A DNA stretch of 64,000 nt, from contig CAWILQ010000023.1 of assembly GCA_963836965.1 (NCBI GenBank), forward strand, positions 57,797-121,796, read 5' to 3'. Source of the DNA: Candidatus Acidiferrales bacterium (lineage in GTDB: Bacteria; Acidobacteriota; Terriglobia; Acidiferrales; UBA7541). The translations under genes and the position numbers were made by a program. A model generated the notes under the pieces. The model worked only from the letters and a program-made list of their open reading frames with translations, was not told the DNA's origin and made no database searches. Shown here in pieces: positions 8,608-16,466 of this stretch. Within the stretch, counting starts at the first letter, position 1. The number at the start of each line of letters is the position of its first letter.

Positions 8608-11067
8608 ATGGTTATCAAGACGGAAAAACCGGAATTGACAGTGACGGAACTCGGCCCCGAAAAACTGCGGTGGCGCTGCGAGCTTTCGCGCATTCCCTTC
8701 GAAACTACCGCGCAAGCGCAAAAACGCGAAGGTTTCGTCGGGCAGGAACGTGCGCTACGCGCGCTGAAGATGGGTGTGGAGCTCTCCGCGCCGGGATACA
8801 ACGTGTTCGTGTGCGGCTTGGCGGGAACGAGCCGCGGAGGCACGATCGCGCAGATGATCGAGGATCTTCATCCCGCCACAAAACCTTCTCTTGACCGGTG
8901 CTATGTCCACAATTTCAAGCTGCCGGACCGGCCGCGCTTGCTGATCCTTGCGCGCGGCTCCGCCAATAATTTTAGAAAGGACATGCAGGCGGGCATTGAC
9001 TTCTTGCGGAGGCGCATTCCGCAGGTGTTTGAAGGCGAACCGTTTCAACGGCAAAAAGGGCGGATCGTAGAGCGATTTTCCGTACGTGAAAAGGATCTAA
9101 TGGACGATTTCACGCGGCGCATCGCCCGAGATCAATTTGCGTTGGGGCACATGCAGGTGGGCGCGGTGGCACTGCCGGAAATTTTCCCGGTGCTCGAAGG
9201 ACAGATGGTGCCGATTGAAGACATCACGAAGATGGTACACGAAGGCAAACTGGAATCCGGCGTGGCGGAGGAAATCGAGCGGAAGTACGAGCAGTTTCGC
9301 CAGGAGTTCACGGTTGTGTACCGCAAGACGCTCACGCTGTCGCGTGAACTGGCGAGCGAGCTCAGCTACCTGGAGCAGGAAGCGGCATCGGTCCTGGTCG
9401 ATGGCGTCATCGAAGAGCTGAAGGAAAAGTATCCCGGGCAAAGCGTGACCGAATATCTGGAAGAAGTGCGGCACCACCTCTTGGACAATCTCGGGCCTTT
9501 TAAGGAACGCGAAGGCGAAGAAGAGCACGCGCAAGATGCGCCGCCCGAAGTCATGCAAAAGGGTCCGACACCGGAACGCGATCCGTTTCGTGTATACGGT
9601 GTCAATGTCCTTCTCGCCCACAATCACGAAGATGCGTCGCCGGTGATTTTTGAAACCACCCCCTCGTATACGAATCTGTTCGGCACCATTCAGCGGGCGT
9701 ACGATGCGCGCGGCGGGTGGACCAGCGATTTCATGGACCTGCGCGCTGGCTCGTTGCTGCGGGCCGATGGCGGTTTTTTGATTATGTATTCGATTGAAGC
9801 ACTTTCCGAGCCGGGCGTGTGGCGAGCTCTGAAGCGCACGCTGAACCACAATCGGGTGGAGATTCAGCCATTCGAGACCTTTTACCCGTTTACGACGACA
9901 GCTCTGAAGCCGGAGCCGATTGATATCAACGTGAAAGTGATTCTGATCGGCGACCGCAATCTCTACGAACTCCTTTACGAATATGAGGAAGACTTCCGCA
10001 AGATTTTCAAAGTGCGGGTGGAGTTTGACGAAGAAATGGCGATGAGTGACGGCGTGATCGAAGAGTATGCCGGACGGATACGGACCCTCAGCGAAAAGGA
10101 GAACTTGTTTCCATTTGATCGGGGCGCGTTTGCGGCGATTCTGGAGTACGGCGTGCGCAAAGCCGGCAGGCGCAACAAGGTCACGGCTCGCTTCATTGAT
10201 ATTGCCGATCTGGCTCGCGAGGCGCATTACGCCGCTGCCGCAGCTGGGGAAAATGTGGTACGCGCGGCGCATGTGCGCGCAGCGCTTGCGTCAAAAGTCG
10301 AGCGGCACAACCTGATCGAAACGCGGATCCGCGAAATGATGGAAGAGGGCACTCTATTGGTGAACCTCAGCGGCTCGCACCTTGGGCAGGTCAACGGCCT
10401 AAGTGTTTTGGAAATTGGCGGCTACGCTTTCGGGAAGCCAGTGCGAATCACAGCCAGCGTGGGCCTCGGCAAAGCAGGGCTCATTAACATTGAGCGCGAG
10501 TCGAATTTGAGCGGGCGGTTCCACGACAAAGGGGTCCACATCATCACTGGATATCTCCGCACCTCCTTCGCTCAGGATAAGCCGCTTTCTTTAACAGCGA
10601 GCATCTGTTTCGAGCAGTCTTATTCGGGAGTCGACGGCGACAGCGCGAGCTCCACGGAGATTTACGCGCTGCTCTCCGCGCTCTCCGAGTTGCCGCTGCG
10701 GCAGGACATCGCCGTGACGGGTTCCATGAACCAGCGCGGCGACATACAGGCCATCGGCGGAGTAAACGAAAAGATCGAAGGATTTTTTGACACCTGCCGG
10801 ATCGACGGGCTGAGCGGCACGCAAGGCGTGATGATTCCGCAAGCGAACGTCGATGATCTGATGCTGCGAGAAGATGTTTTGGACGCAGTGGCAACCGGCA
10901 AATTTCATATCTGGCCGATTGCGCGCGTGGAGCAGGGCGTGGAACTGCTGACGGGAACGCCCGCTGGTAGACGGAACGGCGCCGGCAGGTTCGAACCAGA
11001 CACGGTGTTCTCGCGGGTTGACGAAAGGCTGCGAGATATGGCGCGGGTGATGAAGGATTTCGAGTGA
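8608..11067 (+). CDS. Lon-family protease, LonC-like
   Basis: FVGQERA, NLFG, LRAGSLLRADGG, GQVNGL, FEQSYSGVDGDSAS (catalytic Ser), GGVNEKIEGFF (catalytic Lys). Confidence 0.88.
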   Translation: MVIKTEKPELTVTELGPEKLRWRCELSRIPFETTAQAQKREGFVGQERALRALKMGVELSAPGYNVFVCGLAGTSRGGTIAQMIEDLHPATKPSLDRCYVHNFKLPDRPRLLILARGSANNFRKDMQAGIDFLRRRIPQVFEGEPFQRQKGRIVERFSVREKDLMDDFTRRIARDQFALGHMQVGAVALPEIFPVLEGQMVPIEDITKMVHEGKLESGVAEEIERKYEQFRQEFTVVYRKTLTLSRELASELSYLEQEAASVLVDGVIEELKEKYPGQSVTEYLEEVRHHLLDNLGPFKEREGEEEHAQDAPPEVMQKGPTPERDPFRVYGVNVLLAHNHEDASPVIFETTPSYTNLFGTIQRAYDARGGWTSDFMDLRAGSLLRADGGFLIMYSIEALSEPGVWRALKRTLNHNRVEIQPFETFYPFTTTALKPEPIDINVKVILIGDRNLYELLYEYEEDFRKIFKVRVEFDEEMAMSDGVIEEYAGRIRTLSEKENLFPFDRGAFAAILEYGVRKAGRRNKVTARFIDIADLAREAHYAAAAAGENVVRAAHVRAALASKVERHNLIETRIREMMEEGTLLVNLSGSHLGQVNGLSVLEIGGYAFGKPVRITASVGLGKAGLINIERESNLSGRFHDKGVHIITGYLRTSFAQDKPLSLTASICFEQSYSGVDGDSASSTEIYALLSALSELPLRQDIAVTGSMNQRGDIQAIGGVNEKIEGFFDTCRIDGLSGTQGVMIPQANVDDLMLREDVLDAVATGKFHIWPIARVEQGVELLTGTPAGRRNGAGRFEPDTVFSRVDERLRDMARVMKDFE

Positions 11068-11085
11068 AGCCGCAACAGTGACTCA

Positions 11086-12138
11086 TTACTCTGGCGGCTT
11101 TGGCGCGATGTAACCTCTGCGGTGATCTACGCGATAGTCCGGCGCTCCATTTTTTTCCTTCTCGGTGCCTGAAACTACCTTCACATCAATTGAGTGCGTG
11201 GCCCCATCCGCTTTCGGAGGAACAAAGGCTAGGCTGTATTCGTGGCGCACCAATTGCGCGACCTGATGATAGGTTTCCTGGAAGGCTTTGGCGCTTTCTG
11301 GAAAGTAGGCGCGTCCACCGGATCGATCCGCTAAGGCTTTTAGCCACGCGTCGGCTTGCTCGAAGGCCTTTTGCGTTTGCAGAATCTGCTGCGTCGTTCC
11401 TTTCTTGCCGTGACGCAGAGGGCCGCTCATGGAGATGGCAAAGATGCGTACGTCGCTGGTCTCGAGGCGGGGAAGCAAAGTTTGCATATTCGCAGCCGGC
11501 GATGTGTCTACGCCAGATGAGATCAGCACGACCGATTTCTTGCCGGGCACACGTGCGAGCCAATCGAGAACAGTGCTTAGGCTGTTGGCGAGGTTCAGGT
11601 TGCCGAAACCCAGGTTGAATTGAATACTGTCGAGCGCATTTTCCACGACGCGTTTATCCGCGGTGTAGTCGAGGATCGGCGTCGGAGCGTCATTGTAAGC
11701 GGCGATGGCCATGCGGTCGCCCGGCGAAAGTCCACTCAGCAGCGCACTCGCCACAAATAGATGAGAGTCTTGGAGGAGATAGACTGCCGGGCCAGCCTCG
11801 AGCAGCAGAAGAACTTGGGCCGGCGAATCCACCGAGGCAAAGTCCGTGATGGGCTGGATAGCGGTACTTTCGAGAATCTGAAAGTCGTCGCGCTGAAGCC
11901 CTTCCACAAAATTGCCTTTGGAATCTGTGACAATTACGCCGACGTTAACGCGATCTACTTCAACGCGAATGCTTTTGCCGGTGTCAGGCGTTTGCTCCTG
12001 GGCCAGCACTGAAATTCCGAGAAGTGAAAGCCAGGAGAAAAACACACCGCGATACAACGTCCGGCGCGGTGCTCGACTGCGGGTGTCAGTCCAGCCACTC
12101 GTCAAAATGCACTCCCTTCGCATCCTTCCACGAAGCAC
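11086..12138 (-). CDS. exported VWA-domain protein (VWFA-related acidobacterial type)
   Basis: IRVEVDRVNVGVIVTDSKGNFVEGL, KKSVVLISSG, LADRSGGRAYFP, EYSLAF; true start probably downstream of 12086. Confidence 0.8.
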   Translation of the reverse strand: MLRGRMRRECILTSGWTDTRSRAPRRTLYRGVFFSWLSLLGISVLAQEQTPDTGKSIRVEVDRVNVGVIVTDSKGNFVEGLQRDDFQILESTAIQPITDFASVDSPAQVLLLLEAGPAVYLLQDSHLFVASALLSGLSPGDRMAIAAYNDAPTPILDYTADKRVVENALDSIQFNLGFGNLNLANSLSTVLDWLARVPGKKSVVLISSGVDTSPAANMQTLLPRLETSDVRIFAISMSGPLRHGKKGTTQQILQTQKAFEQADAWLKALADRSGGRAYFPESAKAFQETYHQVAQLVRHEYSLAFVPPKADGATHSIDVKVVSGTEKEKNGAPDYRVDHRRGYIAPKPPE

Positions 12139-13840
12139 CCGTCATGCTATGAAGATGCCGTGAAAAAACGTCAGGGTTAACCTGGACCAGCCAATCCGCC
12201 AATTTCTTGTCCGTCTGAGTTGCGTCGGTACTCTTCGCTGTCTGGGCCGCCTTGTTGGCATCGGCAATCCATTTCGCTTTCAATCCCGGCCAATCTACCT
12301 TCTGAAAATCGAAATAGGAGAAACCATTGAGCTTTTCGGGGAATTGCGCGCGGGCAGCCAGCAGGCTTTTGAGCTGCGTAGCGTCGGGCGTTGCTGGCGT
12401 CTGCCGAACATATTGGTGCAGCACATCGCTCTTCGACGAACCGAATAGCAGCGTCGGAGTCATAGCCAAATAGTAGAAATTCCACTGCGCTACGCCGACA
12501 GAGGTTTGTCCTCCCTGGAGGGAAACTTTCAGATAGGTCGTATTACCTTCGGAACGCTCGGATGTGATTCGGTCGCCCATTAAGCTCCTCGTCAACTTCA
12601 ATGCGTCCGGCTTGTTCTTGATTCCGAGAAGATACACTTTCTGGGCGTCATCCAACGTGGGATTGTTTTGGATCCAGGCGACTTCGCCCGTGATCAGACC
12701 AAGCGCGTCCGGCAGGGGCATGCCCAGGCGTGTTTCCACCATTTTCTCAAGTTGATTTGTCGTTTGCGCGGAGCCGGCGGCCCCTTGCCCGGAAAAGGCC
12801 CGCTTCAACGTGTTGTAAATGCCAAGAAGATTGAATTGCGTCTCGCCGTAATAGACGGTATCGGGGGATAGATAACCCATGGAGACCGGGCTGACCTGGC
12901 CGTCGGCCCAGATGTCGAAAAGGCCGCCAGGAGTCGTGTCGCCGAGGACTGCGCCGGTGACGCGGGTTTTGGGACCCTCCAACGAAATATGCCCTGCGAG
13001 AGAATGAAGGGTGTCCAGTTTTAGCGCGGATAGCAGCAAACGTACTTGCGCCGTAGCGCTATCCGGCGAATTCAGGGCGATTTGCTCCGCACTGGGAACA
13101 CCGAGGAAAAATTCCAGGATTCCGCCATTGAGGAGCGGCTTTGCTTCCTGGTAGGCGGCTGATTGAGACAGCACGCTATTTCCCGGCTTGCCATTCACTA
13201 CATTCAGAACTTCTTCGAACACCGGCATTTCATTGGCACTGACCGCATATTTGCCGAACTCTGCCCAATAAGCGATTCCGCTCTTGCGTTCGATCTTCAG
13301 GGATGGAACGCCTGCGACGGTCACGTTCGTTAGCTTCGGAATCTCCCCTTCCGCGCCGCGCAATTGCATTACGGCCTTGGACAACAACTCTTCCTTTCCG
13401 GAGCGGTCGTAGATGAAGAACGAACCATTCCATGCCGGCGGAGCCGTCGCTTTTGAAGCTGGAGTTTTCGCTGCCGTATGCAATTCGGGTTGTCGCTGAT
13501 AGCCGAACAGAAACGGATTGTCCAGAAGTGTCGCGTACTGCTCAAGCTCTTCCCGCGTTATTTTGGGCTTTCCCTTTTGGTTGGTTGGATTGTTGAGAAA
13601 CGAATCCAGCAAGGAGTCGCGCGCCGGAGCGAATTGTGGATCGTCCCATAGCGCAAAGAATGAATTGGCTTTGCGAACCTCTCCGGAGGGCGTGCCTCGC
13701 CACTGCAGGTACAAAAGTGTGCGGCCGGACAATTTACCGGGATCCAGCGCTGACTGTGCGACAGCACCAGAGGAATAGGCCAGGGCTAGCAAGAACACCA
13801 ACAAAACGCCAAGACAGCGTAACGAGCGGGCATGGGACAT
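12086..13840 (-). CDS. exported hypothetical protein (DUF3352-like)
   Basis: Signal peptide (..SSGAVA-Q), 584 aa open frame; family call is tentative. Confidence 0.7.
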   Translation of the reverse strand: MSHARSLRCLGVLLVFLLALAYSSGAVAQSALDPGKLSGRTLLYLQWRGTPSGEVRKANSFFALWDDPQFAPARDSLLDSFLNNPTNQKGKPKITREELEQYATLLDNPFLFGYQRQPELHTAAKTPASKATAPPAWNGSFFIYDRSGKEELLSKAVMQLRGAEGEIPKLTNVTVAGVPSLKIERKSGIAYWAEFGKYAVSANEMPVFEEVLNVVNGKPGNSVLSQSAAYQEAKPLLNGGILEFFLGVPSAEQIALNSPDSATAQVRLLLSALKLDTLHSLAGHISLEGPKTRVTGAVLGDTTPGGLFDIWADGQVSPVSMGYLSPDTVYYGETQFNLLGIYNTLKRAFSGQGAAGSAQTTNQLEKMVETRLGMPLPDALGLITGEVAWIQNNPTLDDAQKVYLLGIKNKPDALKLTRSLMGDRITSERSEGNTTYLKVSLQGGQTSVGVAQWNFYYLAMTPTLLFGSSKSDVLHQYVRQTPATPDATQLKSLLAARAQFPEKLNGFSYFDFQKVDWPGLKAKWIADANKAAQTAKSTDATQTDKKLADWLVQVNPDVFSRHLHSMTGASWKDAKGVHFDEWLD

Positions 13841-13903
13841 GGGTTAGAATCCTCCGTCGGGTTGGGTGTACATAAAATGCTAGCGTTCCCCGCAGAAACA
13901 CAG

Positions 13904-13947
13904 AAGCCCTGTCCCCCGCAGAGTTTCCAGAACAGGGAACAGGGCTT
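13904..13947 (-). terminator. stem-loop (terminator/attenuator-like)
   Basis: AAGCCCTGTTCCC...GGGGACAGGGCTT 13-bp stem on minus strand (one G-U) followed by CTGTGTTTCT. Confidence 0.35.
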
Positions 13948-13994
13948 TGAGATTTGTGCGCGCCGGGAACGGACCCGGCGATGAACGTCAAGAA

Positions 13995-14858
13995 TTACTT
14001 GGCCGGAGCAGGGGTGGCGTTCTCTTTCGGCGTGGACAGATACCCGGTTATCTGGTTCTTGTTTACGTCAAAAACCACGATTTCATAAGGAGTCAGCCGC
14101 GCACTGCCTTTTACATAGAACTGGACAGGCTCGCCGGAGGTTTTGTCTTTCTTCTCAATGGATTTGTCGTCCGCCAAAACCGTGATGGTGTACTTATTCT
14201 TCTTCTGGTCGGTCTTATTAAGGGCAATCTGCACGGGACCCACCTTCTGAGCGTTCTTGGACTTCTGGATGGTGAATTCGTAGTAGTTGCGGTCGCCCTT
14301 GCGCCTCAATTCTTCGACATCGTCGTGATTGCGGGCAATCAGCCCGCTCATGACACCCATGTCGCCTGCGGCGCGCTCCAGCTTGGTCTTGGTCGCTTCC
14401 AGGTCAGTGCGGGTCGCGTCGATGTCCTTTTTTGCTCCGCTAACGTCCGTGGCAACGGCGCCAATCTTTTCATCGCTCGCCTTTTGCGCGGCGGAAAGCT
14501 GTTCGGTCAGTTTCTGGTCGGAAGCCACCTGCTGCTTACGAATGGACTCAGCACGGCTTCTGGCTTCCGCCAATTCGGCCTGCGTCATGCCGACTTTCTG
14601 CGAGGTCACATCCACTTGCCCCTTTAAATCGGCGATGCGGGTATTCGCTTGCTCGAGTTGCGCGGTGAGAATTTTGTTCTGTTCCTCGTTCTTGGAGAGT
14701 TCCTGTTCCAACCGCGTTTGCACCGAATGCCCGGCGTAGCCGATAAGCGCTAAGCCGGCGATCAGCAATCCGAACAGCACCGCGATCCAGCGCGGGGTTC
14801 CCGTATTTTCATACTGGTAGGACTCTTGGGGACTGGGGACGTTTGGGGAAATGCTCAT
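13995..14858 (-). CDS. single-TM coiled-coil hypothetical protein
   Basis: N-terminal TM (WIAVLFGLLIAGLALIGYA), long heptad-rich region, beta-rich C-terminus; GAGGAG RBS. Confidence 0.75.
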   Translation of the reverse strand: MSISPNVPSPQESYQYENTGTPRWIAVLFGLLIAGLALIGYAGHSVQTRLEQELSKNEEQNKILTAQLEQANTRIADLKGQVDVTSQKVGMTQAELAEARSRAESIRKQQVASDQKLTEQLSAAQKASDEKIGAVATDVSGAKKDIDATRTDLEATKTKLERAAGDMGVMSGLIARNHDDVEELRRKGDRNYYEFTIQKSKNAQKVGPVQIALNKTDQKKNKYTITVLADDKSIEKKDKTSGEPVQFYVKGSARLTPYEIVVFDVNKNQITGYLSTPKENATPAPAK

Positions 14859-14957
14859 GTTCCTCGCTCCTCGGATGAACAGGAAAGGATGTTATCTTCC
14901 AACCCCAGAATTATCCAACGGGCGGGGCTGCAAGTCCAATGGCGAGTGGCGGTTCGG

Positions 14958-15368
14958 TTACTTACGTCCGGAGCGACGGCCGGCGGAGCGCTCCGGCCAC
15001 CGTGCGAAAATGGTGGTGTGCAAACCGCCACGAGGCGTGAACTCCCCCTTGATGACGCACCATTTCGGCCGGACCGCCTCGACAATGTCATGAAGCATCT
15101 TGTTGACGGCGTTTTCATAGAAAATGCCCAGGCTTCGGTAAGCCAGCAGGTACATTTTCAGGGATTTCAGCTCGATGCAGGACTTTCGGGGCTTATATTG
15201 AATAGTAATCGTGCCGTAGTCCGGTAGGCCGGTTTTGGGGCAGACCGAAGTGTATTCGGGATAGCGTGTAGTGATCACGTACCCCGAGTACCGGTTCGGC
15301 CAGACTTCCAGCTTCGGCAGCTTGGCAGCGATGCCCGCCATCGCGTGATCTTCGGTATACTCCGGCAT
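14958..15368 (-). CDS. queF: NADPH-dependent 7-cyano-7-deazaguanine reductase (short QueF)
   Basis: PEYTSVCPKTGLPDYG, IELKSLKMYL, FTPRGG; ATG 15368 with GAGGAG RBS (track start 15611 over-extended). Confidence 0.92.
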   Translation of the reverse strand: MPEYTEDHAMAGIAAKLPKLEVWPNRYSGYVITTRYPEYTSVCPKTGLPDYGTITIQYKPRKSCIELKSLKMYLLAYRSLGIFYENAVNKMLHDIVEAVRPKWCVIKGEFTPRGGLHTTIFARWPERSAGRRSGRK

Positions 15369-15507
15369 ACCACTCCTCTCGGCAAGGAAGAACGTCTTCC
15401 AGTAGCAATATTGTACATTCGAAAACTGACAGCGGCGTGGGGCTTGCGTGCGCCGCCGCCTTGCCCTATATTTTGTCACAGTTAGTTGAGAGCTTCCCAA
15501 GACCCGG

Positions 15508-15861
15508 ATGAATTGCCCCGTCTGCAAAAGTAAGGACGCCCGCCGTTCGCGCCGGCAAGGCACGGCGGACCTTTTGTTCAGCGCATTGGCGCTATATCCT
15601 TGGCGCTGCAAAAAGTGTGAAGCCCGTTTCTATGCTCGACGGATGTCCCTCAGCGATTCGCTCCATGCGCATTGTCCCATCTGCGGAAATCACGAGGTCA
15701 AACGCGTCTCTCCGGAGCTGGTCAACTCTCCTCTTGGCTTCTTGTGGCGGCGCCTGCCGATTCCTGCTTATCGCTGTGATCCGTGCCGGCACAAGTATTT
15801 TTCCATCCGGCCGCAACGAAACAGCGAGAGAGAAATGGCGCGGATGACTCCGGCCGACTGA
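15508..15861 (+). CDS. small protein with four CxxC motifs (tandem zinc-ribbon units)
   Basis: CPVC..RCKKC and CPIC..RCDPC, two similar halves. Confidence 0.7.
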   Translation: MNCPVCKSKDARRSRRQGTADLLFSALALYPWRCKKCEARFYARRMSLSDSLHAHCPICGNHEVKRVSPELVNSPLGFLWRRLPIPAYRCDPCRHKYFSIRPQRNSEREMARMTPAD

Positions 15862-15906
15862 CTGGTTCCGCGCAGACATTCCGGTTGTTGCGCTGAGGTT
15901 TGGGTT

Positions 15907-16371
15907 TCACGAGGGACAGTCAACCGACTTTCCCTGGCGGACGATTCCGCGTTCGTCGCTCATCACCGCATAACCACATTTCGGATCGGTCACGTCTTCC
16001 AGAGACAAGTCGTAAGCGCTTCCGTCTTTCGAAACAGTCAGCCGAAGCTTCCATCCGGGCACGATTTCCGGTCCACTGCCGTACATGGCGTGCGCCACCG
16101 TCGGGTACGATTCGGAAGACCATTTCGTTCCAGTATCGGTGAAGTCGCCATTGCTGAAGAGCATGCCCCAGGTGGCGTAAGATCCATGAGTTTTCTTATA
16201 GTTCGCCTCCGCCGCGTTAATGGCGCGCACCATGTTGATGGCCAGGCTGCGCTGCTCTCTTTGACGATCCTGAAGGGTGGGAGAATTCTTTTTCTGCGCC
16301 TCGGCGCCCGGCAGCGCCAGCAAGCTTCCAGCGAACAGAGCGATCACCGCGACTTTCCTGTTTGCGAGCAT
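15907..16371 (-). CDS. exported hypothetical protein with pilin-like helix
   Basis: Signal peptide (..PGAEA-Q), SLAINMVRAINAAEANYKKTHGSYA, Cys pair near C-terminus. Confidence 0.65.
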   Translation of the reverse strand: MLANRKVAVIALFAGSLLALPGAEAQKKNSPTLQDRQREQRSLAINMVRAINAAEANYKKTHGSYATWGMLFSNGDFTDTGTKWSSESYPTVAHAMYGSGPEIVPGWKLRLTVSKDGSAYDLSLEDVTDPKCGYAVMSDERGIVRQGKSVDCPS

Positions 16372-16466
16372 GATTTGCACCAATCCCCGTCGCGCGATTT
16401 AGCACCCTCTACGCGCGTCGATTGGATGATCCCACTCGCAAAGCCGTTATTCCAATCGAAGCAGTG

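Noticed and set aside
15369-15507. preQ1 riboswitch upstream of queF
   Set aside because: No AGAGGUUCUAG or poly-A tail pattern seen.
15907-15909. TGA after DCPS as possible Sec
   Set aside because: No SECIS-like hairpin and the downstream frame is not protein-like.
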